A DNA stretch of 64,000 bases from Candidatus Microgenomates bacterium. Its GTDB lineage: Bacteria; Patescibacteriota; Microgenomatia; Daviesbacterales; UBA10151. Every line of letters begins with the position of its first letter. The first letter of the stretch is position 1. A program made the translations under genes and the position numbers. The notes under the pieces are model-generated. The model saw only the letters and a list, made by a program, of their open reading frames with translations. It was not told the origin of the DNA and did no database searches. The stretch is taken from assembly GCA_016182045.1 (NCBI GenBank), contig JACOYE010000007.1, forward strand, positions 98,121 to 162,120, in the 5' to 3' direction. Below, piece by piece: positions 17,989-28,127 of this stretch.

Positions 17989-18708
17989 TTATATTTCTAC
18001 AATCGCTGATACGGGTAGGTGATCTGACCCTTCTGAATCTTTAACTCTGAATGAGCGTACTCTGATATCTTTACTGACAAAAATATAATCTAATCGATGC
18101 CGCAACTTTGTTTCCGCAAATCCCTCGACATTAAATGGATAGACTGTCCATGTTGGAACTGTTAAATTCTGATCAGCATTAACCATAACTTGATTTAGCT
18201 TGGTCACAATTAAACTGTCGGGGTGGGAATTGAAATCACCCATCAGGATTGCTCTTGCAGAAGGAAGCAGTTTTATTAAATTATCTACCTGTAGATTGCG
18301 CATCTTTGATTCTTTAAATTGATGAGAATAAGCCAGATGGACAGTAAAAACTGTCAGCATATTATTTCCCGTGTTAATTTTAGCTTCCACTGCAATCCGT
18401 GGTTCTGTCTCTGCTGTATTCTTATATAAACTCAAACCACTCAACTTGTGAAATATACTCTTTGCTATTGGATATCTACTCAAAATAGCATTCCCCTGCG
18501 GATATCCTAAACGGGTTTGATCCACGGCCCGGTGATAGCTACATTGATAACCAAGCTCTTTGGCAATAACAGCAGCAGTATTAGTTCCATCTTTTTCTAT
18601 GGCCTCTTGTAACCCGATGACATCAGCATTATTCTGCTTTAAAAAAGAAATTATCATCTTTAGATGATGGCCTTGCCAAATATTCCAGGAGACAACTTTA
18701 ATCTGCAT
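17989..18708 (-). CDS. endonuclease/exonuclease/phosphatase (EEP) family protein
   Basis: WNIWQG..., GDFNSHPDS, SDHLPV motifs. Confidence 0.75.
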   Translation of the reverse strand: MQIKVVSWNIWQGHHLKMIISFLKQNNADVIGLQEAIEKDGTNTAAVIAKELGYQCSYHRAVDQTRLGYPQGNAILSRYPIAKSIFHKLSGLSLYKNTAETEPRIAVEAKINTGNNMLTVFTVHLAYSHQFKESKMRNLQVDNLIKLLPSARAILMGDFNSHPDSLIVTKLNQVMVNADQNLTVPTWTVYPFNVEGFAETKLRHRLDYIFVSKDIRVRSFRVKDSEGSDHLPVSAIVEI

Positions 18709-18767
18709 AATTTGTTTATGATTATACCATTGACAATTTATTGTAATACTATAAAATAGGTATTACT

Positions 18768-19040
18768 ATGCAGATACAACCTACTACTGTAACTCAAAAG
18801 GGACAAGTCACCATTCCCTCTCCCATCAGAAGGGCCCTCGGATTAAAACGCGGGGATCAAGTTCAATTTACTATTACCAAAAAAAAAGTAGTTCAATTAA
18901 AGTCAGCTAAAAAATTCTCCATTATGTCTCTTTATGGTTCTTTAAAACCCAAGATTAAGCCAAAACTCTCCGGTCAGAAGCTAATTAAATGGGAAAAAGA
19001 AATGGCTCACCAAGCATGGGCGGAGCAAGCTAACAAATGA
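18768..19040 (+). CDS. AbrB/MazE(SpoVT)-type antitoxin (VapB-like)
   Basis: N-terminal swapped-hairpin pattern KGQVTIPSPIRRALGLKRGDQV; overlaps PIN gene by 4 nt. Confidence 0.6.
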   Translation: MQIQPTTVTQKGQVTIPSPIRRALGLKRGDQVQFTITKKKVVQLKSAKKFSIMSLYGSLKPKIKPKLSGQKLIKWEKEMAHQAWAEQANK

Positions 19041-19435
19041 TCTTCATTGATTCTAATGTAATTATCAGGTTTGTTTTAAATGATAATCCGAAACTTTCAG
19101 CTAAATCTTATCAGATACTAAAACAGATAGAAAATGGTGCTAAAGTTTATCTTGCACCAATAATTTTGGCTGAGATAGTTTATGTACTGTTAAAAGTATA
19201 CAAACTGGGAAAAACAGAAATCAAAAATAAAGTCTTACCTGTTGTAATGATGGAAAATATTAATATGGAAAAGAAGGATATTTTACCCAGGGCATTTGAA
19301 TTTTTTGTATCTAAGAATGTTGATTTTGAGGATGCATACTTAGCTGCCTTAATGGAGAAAAAACAAATTAAAAAACTTTATTCTTTTGATGAGGATTTTG
19401 ATAAATTTCCCCAAATTGAAAGACTAGAAGGTTAG
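19037..19435 (+). CDS. PIN-domain toxin (VapC-like)
   Basis: MIFIDSNVIIRF... conserved acidic residues (D5, E..., D at FDED). Confidence 0.7.
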   Translation: MIFIDSNVIIRFVLNDNPKLSAKSYQILKQIENGAKVYLAPIILAEIVYVLLKVYKLGKTEIKNKVLPVVMMENINMEKKDILPRAFEFFVSKNVDFEDAYLAALMEKKQIKKLYSFDEDFDKFPQIERLEG

Positions 19436-19441
19436 TAATAG

Positions 19442-19527
19442 CGGAGGCGGGAGGATTCGAACCTCCGTGGGACTTTCGCCCCGATAGTTTTCGAAACTAT
19501 TTCCTTAAGCCACTCGGACACGCCTCC
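19442..19527 (-). tRNA. tRNA-Ser (anticodon CGA)
   Basis: hand-folded, anticodon loop TTCGAAA, long variable arm. Confidence 0.8.
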
Positions 19528-19529
19528 TC

Positions 19530-19605
19530 TGGCGCCCCCGGGGCGAGTCGAACGCCCAACCACATGGACCGCAACCATGCGTTCTATCCATTGAACTACG
19601 GGGAC
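19530..19605 (-). tRNA. tRNA-Arg (anticodon GCG as read)
   Basis: hand-folded: D arm GTTC-AATGGATA-GAAC, anticodon stem CATGG/CCATG, loop TTGCGGT, T arm GGGCG-TTCGACT-CGCCC, CCA encoded. Confidence 0.7.
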
Positions 19606-19624
19606 AACACGGGTATTTTAGCAT

Positions 19625-19672
19625 TTGGAATGTGAGATTGCCACGTCACCTGCGGTGACTCGCAATGACAGA
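19625..19672. repeat. S-family repeat, inverted left-half copy (GTGAGATTGCCACGTC...CTCGCAATGACAGAGG)
   Basis: rc matches 21217-21258 (TTTGTCATTGCGAGG...GACGTGGCAATCTCAC). Confidence 0.55.
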
Positions 19673-19676
19673 GGAG

Positions 19677-20270
19677 TTATCTATGAATATTTTCCAAAGG
19701 GAAATGTTTTTGCAGTCCTTCCGACCATTTTTCCATCCAGGATTTGAAGGGCACTTCCACAAAAGGTAAGAATCTGGCCACAATCTTTTTCACCTGTTCC
19801 TCACCCTGTCCTGAGCTTGTCGAAGGATCCAAAACCAGCATTAACTGTCCGGGAAATCTGAGTCTTGTTTGGATGATTAAAATTTTATGATTTTCTTTTT
19901 CTTTAAACCAAAATGAATCCAAAAAATGCCAGAAATAGAAATCCTCACCAATGGTGATGCCTTGAGTAGAAATTCTATATTTTATATCATGCGGTGGAAC
20001 AAATGCCAAAACATAGGCCACAAATGTCAAAGCCAAAAGTACCCCAATCAGTAAAAATTCCCTGGCCAAAAGCAAAATTAGGATCAAAAGAATAACTATG
20101 ATGGCGATAGTGGTGTAAAAGGAGCGGTCTTTTCTCCTAAAGGGGCGGGCAGGTGCTTCCCAGGAAAGTAAGGTTTTAACCTCCCCTGCTTCCATGATTT
20201 TGGGGTGAAGGGGTCCTGGTTCAGAGCCAGCTGGTTGCTTTTTAGTTTGTTTTTTTTCTTCCTTGGGCAT
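19677..20270 (-). CDS. hypothetical membrane protein
   Basis: 197 aa, Lys-rich N-terminus, two TM helices. Confidence 0.4.
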   Translation of the reverse strand: MPKEEKKQTKKQPAGSEPGPLHPKIMEAGEVKTLLSWEAPARPFRRKDRSFYTTIAIIVILLILILLLAREFLLIGVLLALTFVAYVLAFVPPHDIKYRISTQGITIGEDFYFWHFLDSFWFKEKENHKILIIQTRLRFPGQLMLVLDPSTSSGQGEEQVKKIVARFLPFVEVPFKSWMEKWSEGLQKHFPLENIHR

Positions 20271-20307
20271 TTTCTTTAGTGTAATCCTAAAAACCTACTC
20301 TGTAAAG

Positions 20308-20397
20308 TGGCGGAGGGGGTGAGATTCGAACTCACGGTGACATTGCTGCCACAGTGGTTTTCAAGACCACCGCTCTAGGCCACTAAGCGACCCCTCC
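20308..20397 (-). tRNA. tRNA-Ser (anticodon TGA)
   Basis: hand-folded, loop CTTGAAA, long variable arm, CCA encoded. Confidence 0.8.
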
Positions 20398-20487
20398 TGG
20401 CGGAGAGGGTGGGATTCGAACCCACGATACCCTTACGGGTATAGCTCGTTAGCACCGAGCGGCACTCGACCACTATGCGACCTCTCC
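20398..20487 (-). tRNA. tRNA-Ser (anticodon GCT)
   Basis: hand-folded, loop GTGCTAA, long variable arm, CCA encoded. Confidence 0.75.
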
Positions 20488-20519
20488 AAACCAGATAATT
20501 TTACCAGAATCCATTCTCT

Positions 20520-21221
20520 CTATCTAGCCAGCGTGATGGCCCAGACTTTTTTGGCACCTGCTCTTTTTAAAATCCAGCAACATTCCCTGAGTGTTGAACC
20601 GGTGGTCCAGACATCATCTATAAGCAGGGTATAGGGTTTAGGGGATAGGGTATAGTCAGAAGAAATTTCAAAAGCACCAGAAATATTTTGTTTTCTTTGT
20701 TTACCTTTAAGTTTTGCTTGGGATCTGGTATAACGGATGCGTTTTAGTCCATCACAGTAACCTAAACCAAGCTTTTTGGATAATATTTGTCCAATTAAAG
20801 ATGACTGGTTAAATCCCCGAGAATTGGCTCTCCACCAATATAGCGGCACAGGAATGACTACCCATCCAACTCCTTGATCTTTTTTAATTTGATCTAAAAC
20901 AAAAGGCTGATATTTGGCCCAATATTCTATAGTAATATCCATCAAAATTTCCGCCAAATCTTTAATCCCTTTATATTTAAGTTGCTGAATGGCCGAGCGT
21001 AGTGAATCCTGGTATATTCCTAGACTCCATAATCCATCTAGTCCATATTTTCTGCGACAAACCGGATGAGTCTGCCCACCCACAGCCAATCTTTCACATC
21101 TGGGACAAACTAAATCAGTCTGCTTTATATCCCTTATACAATTCTGACAAAAATAGCTTCCCTCCTTACCACAACCAACGCATTTTTTGGGAAATAAAAT
21201 ATCTAGAATCCAGTTTGTCAT
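20520..21221 (-). CDS. comF: ComF family protein (phosphoribosyltransferase-like competence protein)
   Basis: N-terminal CxxC..CxxC zinc finger, C-terminal PRTase motif LLIDDVWTTGSTL. Confidence 0.8.
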   Translation of the reverse strand: MTNWILDILFPKKCVGCGKEGSYFCQNCIRDIKQTDLVCPRCERLAVGGQTHPVCRRKYGLDGLWSLGIYQDSLRSAIQQLKYKGIKDLAEILMDITIEYWAKYQPFVLDQIKKDQGVGWVVIPVPLYWWRANSRGFNQSSLIGQILSKKLGLGYCDGLKRIRYTRSQAKLKGKQRKQNISGAFEISSDYTLSPKPYTLLIDDVWTTGSTLRECCWILKRAGAKKVWAITLAR

Positions 21222-21285
21222 TGCGAGGAGCGAAACGACGTGGCAATCTCACTAGTGAGATCCTTCGCTACGCTCAGGATGACAG
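21217..21285. repeat. S-family repeat, full copy A, containing the perfect 16-bp palindrome ATCTCACTAGTGAGAT
   Basis: TTTGTCATTGCGAGG...ACGTGGCAATCTCACTAGTGAGATCC...CGCTCAGGATGACAG; termini TTTGTCAT / ATGACAG inverted. Confidence 0.55.
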
Positions 21286-21356
21286 CCTCATTTCGGATAT
21301 TGTAACGAGACTGTCAATTTGCTTTTTGCTATAGCATATGATATAGTACACTCTAC

Positions 21357-21716
21357 GGGGATGTATAGTCTCGACAGGATTGCTCTTTAAAAACTGCAAG
21401 CCGTTTAGGAAACATTAAACGTAAAATATTGTTTCAAAATTAAACGACAGATATTCTGATCGTTTCGCTCCAAACTACTTAGTAGCTTAAAGCGATATCT
21501 TGGGAAATCTTTTCCTGGCTAGATCCCCAAGGTATGTACCCAGTCAGGATGCGACTGGTTTGATTCTGATTAAGTCAGATCAGTTTAAGATAACTTAATC
21601 AAGCTTCAGCTTTCCTGCTAGTTGGTTACAACTGAAACTTAAATATTAACTAGCTAAGCTTGTAGAAGTTTTTATTAAAGTAATTTTGGACTCGGCTCAC
21701 AGCCGACATCTCCACC
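21357..21716 (+). ncRNA. ssrA: tmRNA (SsrA)
   Basis: 5' GGGGATGTATAGTCTCGACAGG pairs with 3' CATCTCC-A-CC (G3:U70 Ala-identity pair, discriminator A); lies immediately upstream of convergent smpB; candidate tag frame ends ...NYLVA-TAA at 21487-21489 (uncertain). Confidence 0.7.
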
Positions 21717-21718
21717 CA

Positions 21719-22159
21719 TTATTCTTTTCCCCGTAGCTCTTGTTGTACTCGGCGTATGTGATCTTTCTCTTTGATTATGCGGCGCTTATCAAATTCTTTT
21801 TTGGATTTTCCTAGTCCCACTTCTATCTTAAATTTATTATTTTTTTCATAAATAGATACTGGAACTAAAGTGGTGGCTTTCCCAGAAACTTTACCAATCA
21901 AAGAGTTAATTTGACTTTTGTGCAAAAGCAGTTTTCTTGATCTGGTGGCATCATAATCTTTCTGACTACTTTGTTGAAACTTAGGAATATTGGCATTGAC
22001 CAGATATGCTTCCCCGTTTAAGATTCTGACATAACTTTCACCCAAATCTACTCTACCAGCTCGGATAGATTTCACCTCAGCACCAGATAGGACTATACCA
22101 GCCTCAATCCGCTCCAGAATATGATAATTATGAAGGGCTTTTTTATTTAAAATTTTCAT
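21719..22159 (-). CDS. smpB: SsrA-binding protein SmpB
   Basis: full-length SmpB-like 146 aa. Confidence 0.9.
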   Translation of the reverse strand: MKILNKKALHNYHILERIEAGIVLSGAEVKSIRAGRVDLGESYVRILNGEAYLVNANIPKFQQSSQKDYDATRSRKLLLHKSQINSLIGKVSGKATTLVPVSIYEKNNKFKIEVGLGKSKKEFDKRRIIKEKDHIRRVQQELRGKE

Positions 22160-22364
22160 TTTCCCTTAAGCTTTTAAATATCTTAACATACCTGATAACA
22201 ACATTATTTAGAAGCTGCTGCTTTTGACAGTAATCCATTACCATTAGGTGTTATTTTTCTACGAAATATTATTAAAAAATTTTCACTAAAATATATAATT
22301 TAGGTTCAATTTATTAATATTTATTGAAAATTTTTATTAACAAAATGTTGAAAAATAACACATA

Positions 22365-23561
22365 CTAGCGAATAAAATCTAAGTAGTTCTCCTGGTTAAT
22401 CAGTTGCACTGTTGTTCCATATTCACTGGTAAAGGACTTTGAACCCTTACTCAACAAACCAGTTCCATATTTAAACTCAAATGCCTTTAGCTCCTCATTG
22501 ATGGGTTTTTCTATGTAATCTACCTCTGCTCCTGAATAGCTTCTCCAAAAGTTGGACTCAATACTTTTCCCTTGATTGGCAAATCTCTTTTTTCTTTCAA
22601 CAAAGAGAAAGTTCTCCCATAAAAATCCTGCATCAGCTCTTAAATCAATAGAATTGAAGTCACCAATTAAACTATTCCTAATACCCAAATCTACAAAATA
22701 GATTTTATAACGGCTGCCAATTTCCCTTCTGGGGTTTTTGGAGTAAGGATGGGCACTGACAACTACATAAGATTTTTCTAAAATATCCAGGTAACTAACC
22801 ACTGTCTTCCTGTCTATCTTAAGTCTGTTTGACAGCTCATTCTCGTTAACCTCTGAACCAATCTGATAAGCCAGAGCCTTTGTTAAATCTTTAATAGCTT
22901 GGGAATTTTTAACCCGGGCAAATGCCAATATATCCTTAAAAAGGTAGCTTTCCACAATCCGCTCAAGAAGGGATTGTTTTTGTTCGGGCGTATTTGATAG
23001 ATAGACTTCTGGATATAAACCATAAAGCATTACTTGTGGCAACAGGGCGTCTGCTTCATTTTTAAGTATTACCTCATGAGTGTCTCCTGCTTGCAAGGCT
23101 TCAGTAAACGAAAAAGGGTATAAAGTAAAATCTAGATAACGTCCAGTTAACGGATCACTAAGTTTATTCTTTAAATCAAAACTGGAAGAACCCGTTGCCA
23201 GCACTCGTACTTTCGGAAAATTATCATAAATAATTTTTAATGTCAGTCCTGGATTATCCAGCCATTGAGCCTCGTCAATCAACAAAACATCAACCTCTGA
23301 GAGTAATCTTTCTAAGATTGCCTTTGAGTTGGTGTTTACCGCTGCATTATCCTCTGCTAAATCACAGTTTAGGTATAACACCCTCTTACCTTCTCCTTCC
23401 AGCCTTTTGCTAATGTCTTTAGCTAAAGTGGTTTTACCAACCTGTCTAGCTCCCAGCACCAAAATAATCTTTCCAGATGATTTTAGACTTGAGAATATCA
23501 AATTTTCAATTAATCTTGGTATCATAATCCCAATATTAATACTAATTCTGGGATTTGTCAA
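22365..23561 (-). CDS. AAA_14-type ATPase with DUF4143-like C-terminal domain (COG1373 family), paralog 1
   Basis: Walker A GARQVGKTTL, Walker B LLIDEAQ; same architecture as 38781..40091 and 40951..42210. Confidence 0.7.
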   Translation of the reverse strand: MTNPRISINIGIMIPRLIENLIFSSLKSSGKIILVLGARQVGKTTLAKDISKRLEGEGKRVLYLNCDLAEDNAAVNTNSKAILERLLSEVDVLLIDEAQWLDNPGLTLKIIYDNFPKVRVLATGSSSFDLKNKLSDPLTGRYLDFTLYPFSFTEALQAGDTHEVILKNEADALLPQVMLYGLYPEVYLSNTPEQKQSLLERIVESYLFKDILAFARVKNSQAIKDLTKALAYQIGSEVNENELSNRLKIDRKTVVSYLDILEKSYVVVSAHPYSKNPRREIGSRYKIYFVDLGIRNSLIGDFNSIDLRADAGFLWENFLFVERKKRFANQGKSIESNFWRSYSGAEVDYIEKPINEELKAFEFKYGTGLLSKGSKSFTSEYGTTVQLINQENYLDFIR

Positions 23562-23577
23562 GTGGAGAAGGTATGTT

Positions 23578-25389
23578 CTATTTTAAATCTACCTGATAAA
23601 TCTTACTTCCTTCCAAAAGATAAACTTTTTTCCCTTTCTCATCCACCACCAGATCCGTGGCTGTTGCAAATTTTTCTCCTTCTATTTGCCCCTTATAACT
23701 TCCTGTTTTTGTTAAAATTAAAAGCCTTGAGTTACCTGAATCTAAAAGATAAAGATTATCTGTATCTGAGGAAACAAAAAAGCTTTTTGGATCTTTCACT
23801 CCCTTATCCAACCCCTCATAAGAAAAATTATCTTTGCTGCCTCTGGTGAACCTTAACATCTCTCCGTCCTGCTTGATAAGATATACGGAGGATTCAATCT
23901 GCATCCTGACCGCGTTGCCAAAATCAGCCTTAACATCCTTTAAAAGATACTCCCTCTTGGCAGAATACCCCCCTGAAGTGGGCAGATATTTCCAAATCTG
24001 ATTCTTGGAAACATCTAAAAGATAAACATTTGAGGCAAAGCCTGACGCATCCAAAATATTGCCCCAGTCATCATCACTTTTGGAAACCTCGCTCACTTTT
24101 TGATTGGTGATATCCACTCTTAAGACTCCCTTATTCCGCGAATAGACAAAGGCAAAATTGCCGTTTATTGAGGCAAATACAGCCTCCCCCAGCTGCTCCT
24201 CTCCTGCCAAAATCTGATTGCTTTTTTTGGCAATATCCAAACTGATCAGGGTTTTTACATCCGGATCCAAAAGCAACAATTTACCTGCTGATAAACTCAT
24301 CTGCAGTGCTTTGAAATCTTTTTTAATAAGATCCAGATCCAAAAACAGGGGAAATTCCGAGGCTGTGAATTGTTGCAAAATTGAGGATGAGGAGATCTCA
24401 ATTTGTTTTTTTAAATCTTGCGCTTCAGACTGATTCGGTTTTAAAGCCAAAGCCTGATTAACTCTACTAGTGGCGCTGTCCAGCTTATCTTTGGCTTCCT
24501 TGGGATTTAAGCTGGCCAAGCCTTTGGCCGCATTGAAATCATCTTTTGCTTGCTGCAACAACTGATTAAACTGAGCCTGTCTCTGTTGATCCTGACTGCT
24601 TTTATATTTTAATCCCGTTCCCACCCCGATTATTAGGATCAAGATAATAGCTAAAATCAGTCTACCCCTGCCACTTTTGGGGAAAAATCTCCTTAATGTT
24701 GATGCTGAGACCAACAGCTTAGAAAAAATGCCCAAAACATTAGGTTGTGCCTCTGTTTCCACTTCTGCCATTTCCTGTTCTGAAGATAGAGTCGGAATGG
24801 GTTTCTCTTCTGAGACAGGTTCAACCTCCAAAGCCAAAGCTGCCAAACCCTGGTTTTCCAAGTTGGCCCCGCCAACCTTGGCCGACATCTCCTCTTCCCA
24901 TGAATCTTTTGGCAAATCCAAAACCTGGCCAAGTTCCGAACCTAAAAAGTCAATTAAACTTTTGGTTGATAAAAGCAGTTTATCTTTCTCCTGCAGAAAT
25001 CCCGAGATCAGCTGAGACGGTGCACCGACTGTTAAAAGGGGAGAAAGTTGCCCGCCTCTTTTCAGATAAACCTCCACCTCCCCCTGGCCAATTAAATAGA
25101 GCACCTTACCGGAGATTGCTGCCAGCAAAAGGTCAAAGGAACCTTCCTTCGATAATTTCTCACTTGTCTCATCAAAAGTAGCTTTTAACTTCTCGGATGC
25201 CGAACCTTCAAAATCAAAGTAGAAATCGGAAGCCTCAGATAAGGTTTGTCTGCCCTTGGTAAAGGCATCATCGCAAGAGAGGAACATCACTGCCAGAAAT
25301 ATATTCTCCTCATCTTCTTCCCGCCGGATAACTTGAGCTGCTTTTTGATCGGTATTTAAACCAATAACATGAGCAATTTTGAGTTTCAT
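23578..25389 (-). CDS. hypothetical single-pass membrane protein with extracellular coiled-coil and beta-propeller-like C-terminal repeats
   Basis: TM LILAIILILIIGVGTGL mid-protein; C-terminal repeated YLLD/YLIK beta-strand motifs. Confidence 0.35.
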   Translation of the reverse strand: MKLKIAHVIGLNTDQKAAQVIRREEDEENIFLAVMFLSCDDAFTKGRQTLSEASDFYFDFEGSASEKLKATFDETSEKLSKEGSFDLLLAAISGKVLYLIGQGEVEVYLKRGGQLSPLLTVGAPSQLISGFLQEKDKLLLSTKSLIDFLGSELGQVLDLPKDSWEEEMSAKVGGANLENQGLAALALEVEPVSEEKPIPTLSSEQEMAEVETEAQPNVLGIFSKLLVSASTLRRFFPKSGRGRLILAIILILIIGVGTGLKYKSSQDQQRQAQFNQLLQQAKDDFNAAKGLASLNPKEAKDKLDSATSRVNQALALKPNQSEAQDLKKQIEISSSSILQQFTASEFPLFLDLDLIKKDFKALQMSLSAGKLLLLDPDVKTLISLDIAKKSNQILAGEEQLGEAVFASINGNFAFVYSRNKGVLRVDITNQKVSEVSKSDDDWGNILDASGFASNVYLLDVSKNQIWKYLPTSGGYSAKREYLLKDVKADFGNAVRMQIESSVYLIKQDGEMLRFTRGSKDNFSYEGLDKGVKDPKSFFVSSDTDNLYLLDSGNSRLLILTKTGSYKGQIEGEKFATATDLVVDEKGKKVYLLEGSKIYQVDLK

Positions 25390-25626
25390 TTACAGTATTC
25401 CCCAGGCCAAAATTAGCAGTCCTATGGCAAAACCTGCATGAATAATAGATATGGCTTTTACAACTGGTGAGACCGGCGTAATCAAAGTTTTACTCATTAA
25501 ATCAACCTGTCTGATAATAAGTAAGGCAAATATAGCGTAAAATATCAAAATAAGCAAAATTACCCCTTTTAAAAAAACCAAAGTTAAGGGCAAGTTTAAT
25601 AAATTAGATACACCCTCTGCTACCAT
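25390..25626 (-). CDS. small membrane protein
   Basis: 78 aa, two TM helices. Confidence 0.3.
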   Translation of the reverse strand: MVAEGVSNLLNLPLTLVFLKGVILLILIFYAIFALLIIRQVDLMSKTLITPVSPVVKAISIIHAGFAIGLLILAWGIL

Positions 25627-26174
25627 CAGTTACCTCCATATTTTTTGTGTGCTTGATCCAAAATAAAATCAGCCACCTTATGAGGTAGTGGCACATCTAT
25701 AAAATCGATATTTTTGGTGGCTCCGGCAGTTTGCACAAAGACGTTCCCGAAATGAAAAATGGTCTGTAATATTCCCCCCATGGAGGATGAGGTATCTTCC
25801 ACATTTCTTAAGGGAGCCATATCAATATTTTTAAAAAGAAGGGAGTGAAAATCTATATCCACGATATTTTTATCAGTCACAATATAGACATTAAAATACC
25901 AGAAAAGAAACCCCTCAAAAACCACCACCAAAACCAAAAGATAGTTAATAATCAAAATTAGTATCAAAAAAGTTTCTGGCAGGAGAGACAAATCAAATCC
26001 AACAGCTTGGCTCACCCTCGGTAGGAAAAAGGGGATCAAAAAAAGCAAAATAGCCGGAATAATCCAAGAGAGATTGGTAATTGGGTGAGCTCTTAAGAGC
26101 AAAAGAATCTTCTCATCAGCATCTTGACCTTCAAAGTTGCAGTTTTGGGGATTTTCAATATATGAGGAAAACAT
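25626..26174 (-). CDS. hypothetical membrane protein
   Basis: 182 aa, 2-3 TM helices. Confidence 0.35.
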   Translation of the reverse strand: MFSSYIENPQNCNFEGQDADEKILLLLRAHPITNLSWIIPAILLFLIPFFLPRVSQAVGFDLSLLPETFLILILIINYLLVLVVVFEGFLFWYFNVYIVTDKNIVDIDFHSLLFKNIDMAPLRNVEDTSSSMGGILQTIFHFGNVFVQTAGATKNIDFIDVPLPHKVADFILDQAHKKYGGN

Positions 26175-26277
26175 GGCTCAAGTATAGCACAGAAGTAAAT
26201 TTACAAGTACCAATTTACAATTTTCATTGAATTTACAATGATTAAATTTACAAATATTGAAAATTAAAAATTGAAAA

Positions 26278-27990
26278 TTATTTCCTTTCCGCATTAAACA
26301 GTGGTCCCACAATCTGGATATTGGCCGGGGCTCTTAAATTAAAGAAATTCCTAAATTCTGTCCCATCAAATGTTTCTGATCCTCTGTCTCCTGATACTGT
26401 CACAGAAGTGACCATGCCGGATCCAAAATCCACCCCTACTGACACATCGGATACACTGTTAAATGGACTGCCTCCCCTGCTTCTTAACTCCTGTTTAACC
26501 CGATCTTCATTCCAGGTTTCTCCCCCTTCCGGATTTGGTTTGTCGGTTTGGTAAATATGAGAGGAGACACCACCATCTCTTTTAACAAGCATAATCACAT
26601 TGGCAATATCGGAAACTTCTTCCGACTTTAACCAGGCGCTCTTGGCATATTGGGCTCTGACCCCTTGGGCTGCATAAAAACAGGGGGAATCCTTATCATA
26701 GGCTTTGCTCATTAGATCAGAAAAACTGCCCACATCTCCATTGGTATCCCTAAGTCTTTTTGTCCAGGACCTACCTCCTCCAAAAACATCCCCTGCTGTA
26801 AAGGTATAACCTCCATCAGTTGAGGAATACCAGGCAGTGATTGGTGAACCACCTGATACCATAGTTTTGCCTTCTGTGGCTTTGATAGCCTGTTCCCAGT
26901 TACCGCCTTTGTTGCCGCCTTTATAAACCTGACACTTTTGAGAGGTACAAATTTCTCTTGAGCCATTATCGGTATAAGCTAAGGCATAAGAGCGGGCGGC
27001 GATGGCTTGGGCTTTCAAAGCCTCCATGGGCCAGGAATCAGGCATCTCATATATTCCCAAAAGGTAAGTTTCCAAAGACATAGAACCGTAACCTGACACT
27101 GTAATATTAATATTTGGTCTTTGTTCAAAGGAAAAGTCGGCAAAGTATGCTCTTAATATATCTTCATGATTTTGGCCTGCCTGAGCCCTACCCAGGGCCC
27201 CGTATTGATTCATTCCCACCCGGTGTGGAATACCAAAAGTAAAAAAGGCAAAGGTAGGTCTAAAACCAGGATCAAGCTTCCTATCATCGGTACAAAAAAG
27301 AGGGCCTGCTCCCAAAGAGGTGGGCAAATTTAAAGAGGCCTGTCTTTGAGCAATAATTTGTTGCTGGCGGGCAGTTAGTTGGGCAATCTTGGTGAACAGC
27401 TCTGCCTGATAAGCTTTGGCTTTTTTAATTTCTCCCCCCAAAAATTGGGCATTCTTGTCAACCTCAGCCTGTAAGATATTCAGCCTGGCTTTATCTTTTT
27501 CCAGTTTGTCTTTTTGGGTTAATAAATCCAAAACCTCCTCAGTGATGGAGGAGATGATTTGTCTGTCTTCTCTGGTAACAGATTGTCTGTATGATAACTC
27601 CCTGAATAAATCCCCTGCTTGAATTGAGGATAAAATCACCAATAAAGGATCTGTCAAATAAGATCTGATGTAATACGCCCTGACTCTTTTTTCCAAAAGG
27701 GCCTGTTGCAAAGCCAGCTTGTCTTCTCTGATATCCAATTCCTTTTGTTTATTTTTAATATTTAAAGATAGATAATCCAGATTGGCTTGGATTTGATTAA
27801 GCTGTCTTTGTAAAGAATCTAGTTGCCCTTCCAAAGGTTTGGTGGCCTTAACAGACAGCTCCCGAGCCTTATTTAGCTCATCTATTTGCTTTTGTAAATC
27901 TTCAATTTCATCAGCATGGGTAGGGGTAAGGGAGTAGGGTATAGCGAATAAGAAAAAAATAACTGATAAAAAAAGTATAATCTTACGCAT
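26278..27990 (-). CDS. SpoIID/LytB-domain protein with N-terminal coiled coil (secreted)
   Basis: signal peptide; HRVGMNQYGALGRA and QVYKGG motifs of SpoIID/LytB family. Confidence 0.55.
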   Translation of the reverse strand: MRKIILFLSVIFFLFAIPYSLTPTHADEIEDLQKQIDELNKARELSVKATKPLEGQLDSLQRQLNQIQANLDYLSLNIKNKQKELDIREDKLALQQALLEKRVRAYYIRSYLTDPLLVILSSIQAGDLFRELSYRQSVTREDRQIISSITEEVLDLLTQKDKLEKDKARLNILQAEVDKNAQFLGGEIKKAKAYQAELFTKIAQLTARQQQIIAQRQASLNLPTSLGAGPLFCTDDRKLDPGFRPTFAFFTFGIPHRVGMNQYGALGRAQAGQNHEDILRAYFADFSFEQRPNINITVSGYGSMSLETYLLGIYEMPDSWPMEALKAQAIAARSYALAYTDNGSREICTSQKCQVYKGGNKGGNWEQAIKATEGKTMVSGGSPITAWYSSTDGGYTFTAGDVFGGGRSWTKRLRDTNGDVGSFSDLMSKAYDKDSPCFYAAQGVRAQYAKSAWLKSEEVSDIANVIMLVKRDGGVSSHIYQTDKPNPEGGETWNEDRVKQELRSRGGSPFNSVSDVSVGVDFGSGMVTSVTVSGDRGSETFDGTEFRNFFNLRAPANIQIVGPLFNAERK

Positions 27991-28127
27991 GGAGATAGAT
28001 ATTTAATTTTAGCATAAGTAGTGGTATTTTTAATATCCTAAAATTTTTGGGCTATTGACAAAATTACAAATATATGATATTACATAAAATGTAAATTACT
28101 TAATTTACAAAGAGTGAGGCTGAGAAT

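Noticed and set aside
24218-25181. + strand ORFs 24218..24433, 24677..25015, 24747..25181 and minus 24693..24932
   Set aside because: Overlap the 603-aa minus-strand gene in other frames; compositionally biased (Pro/Lys-rich), no motifs.
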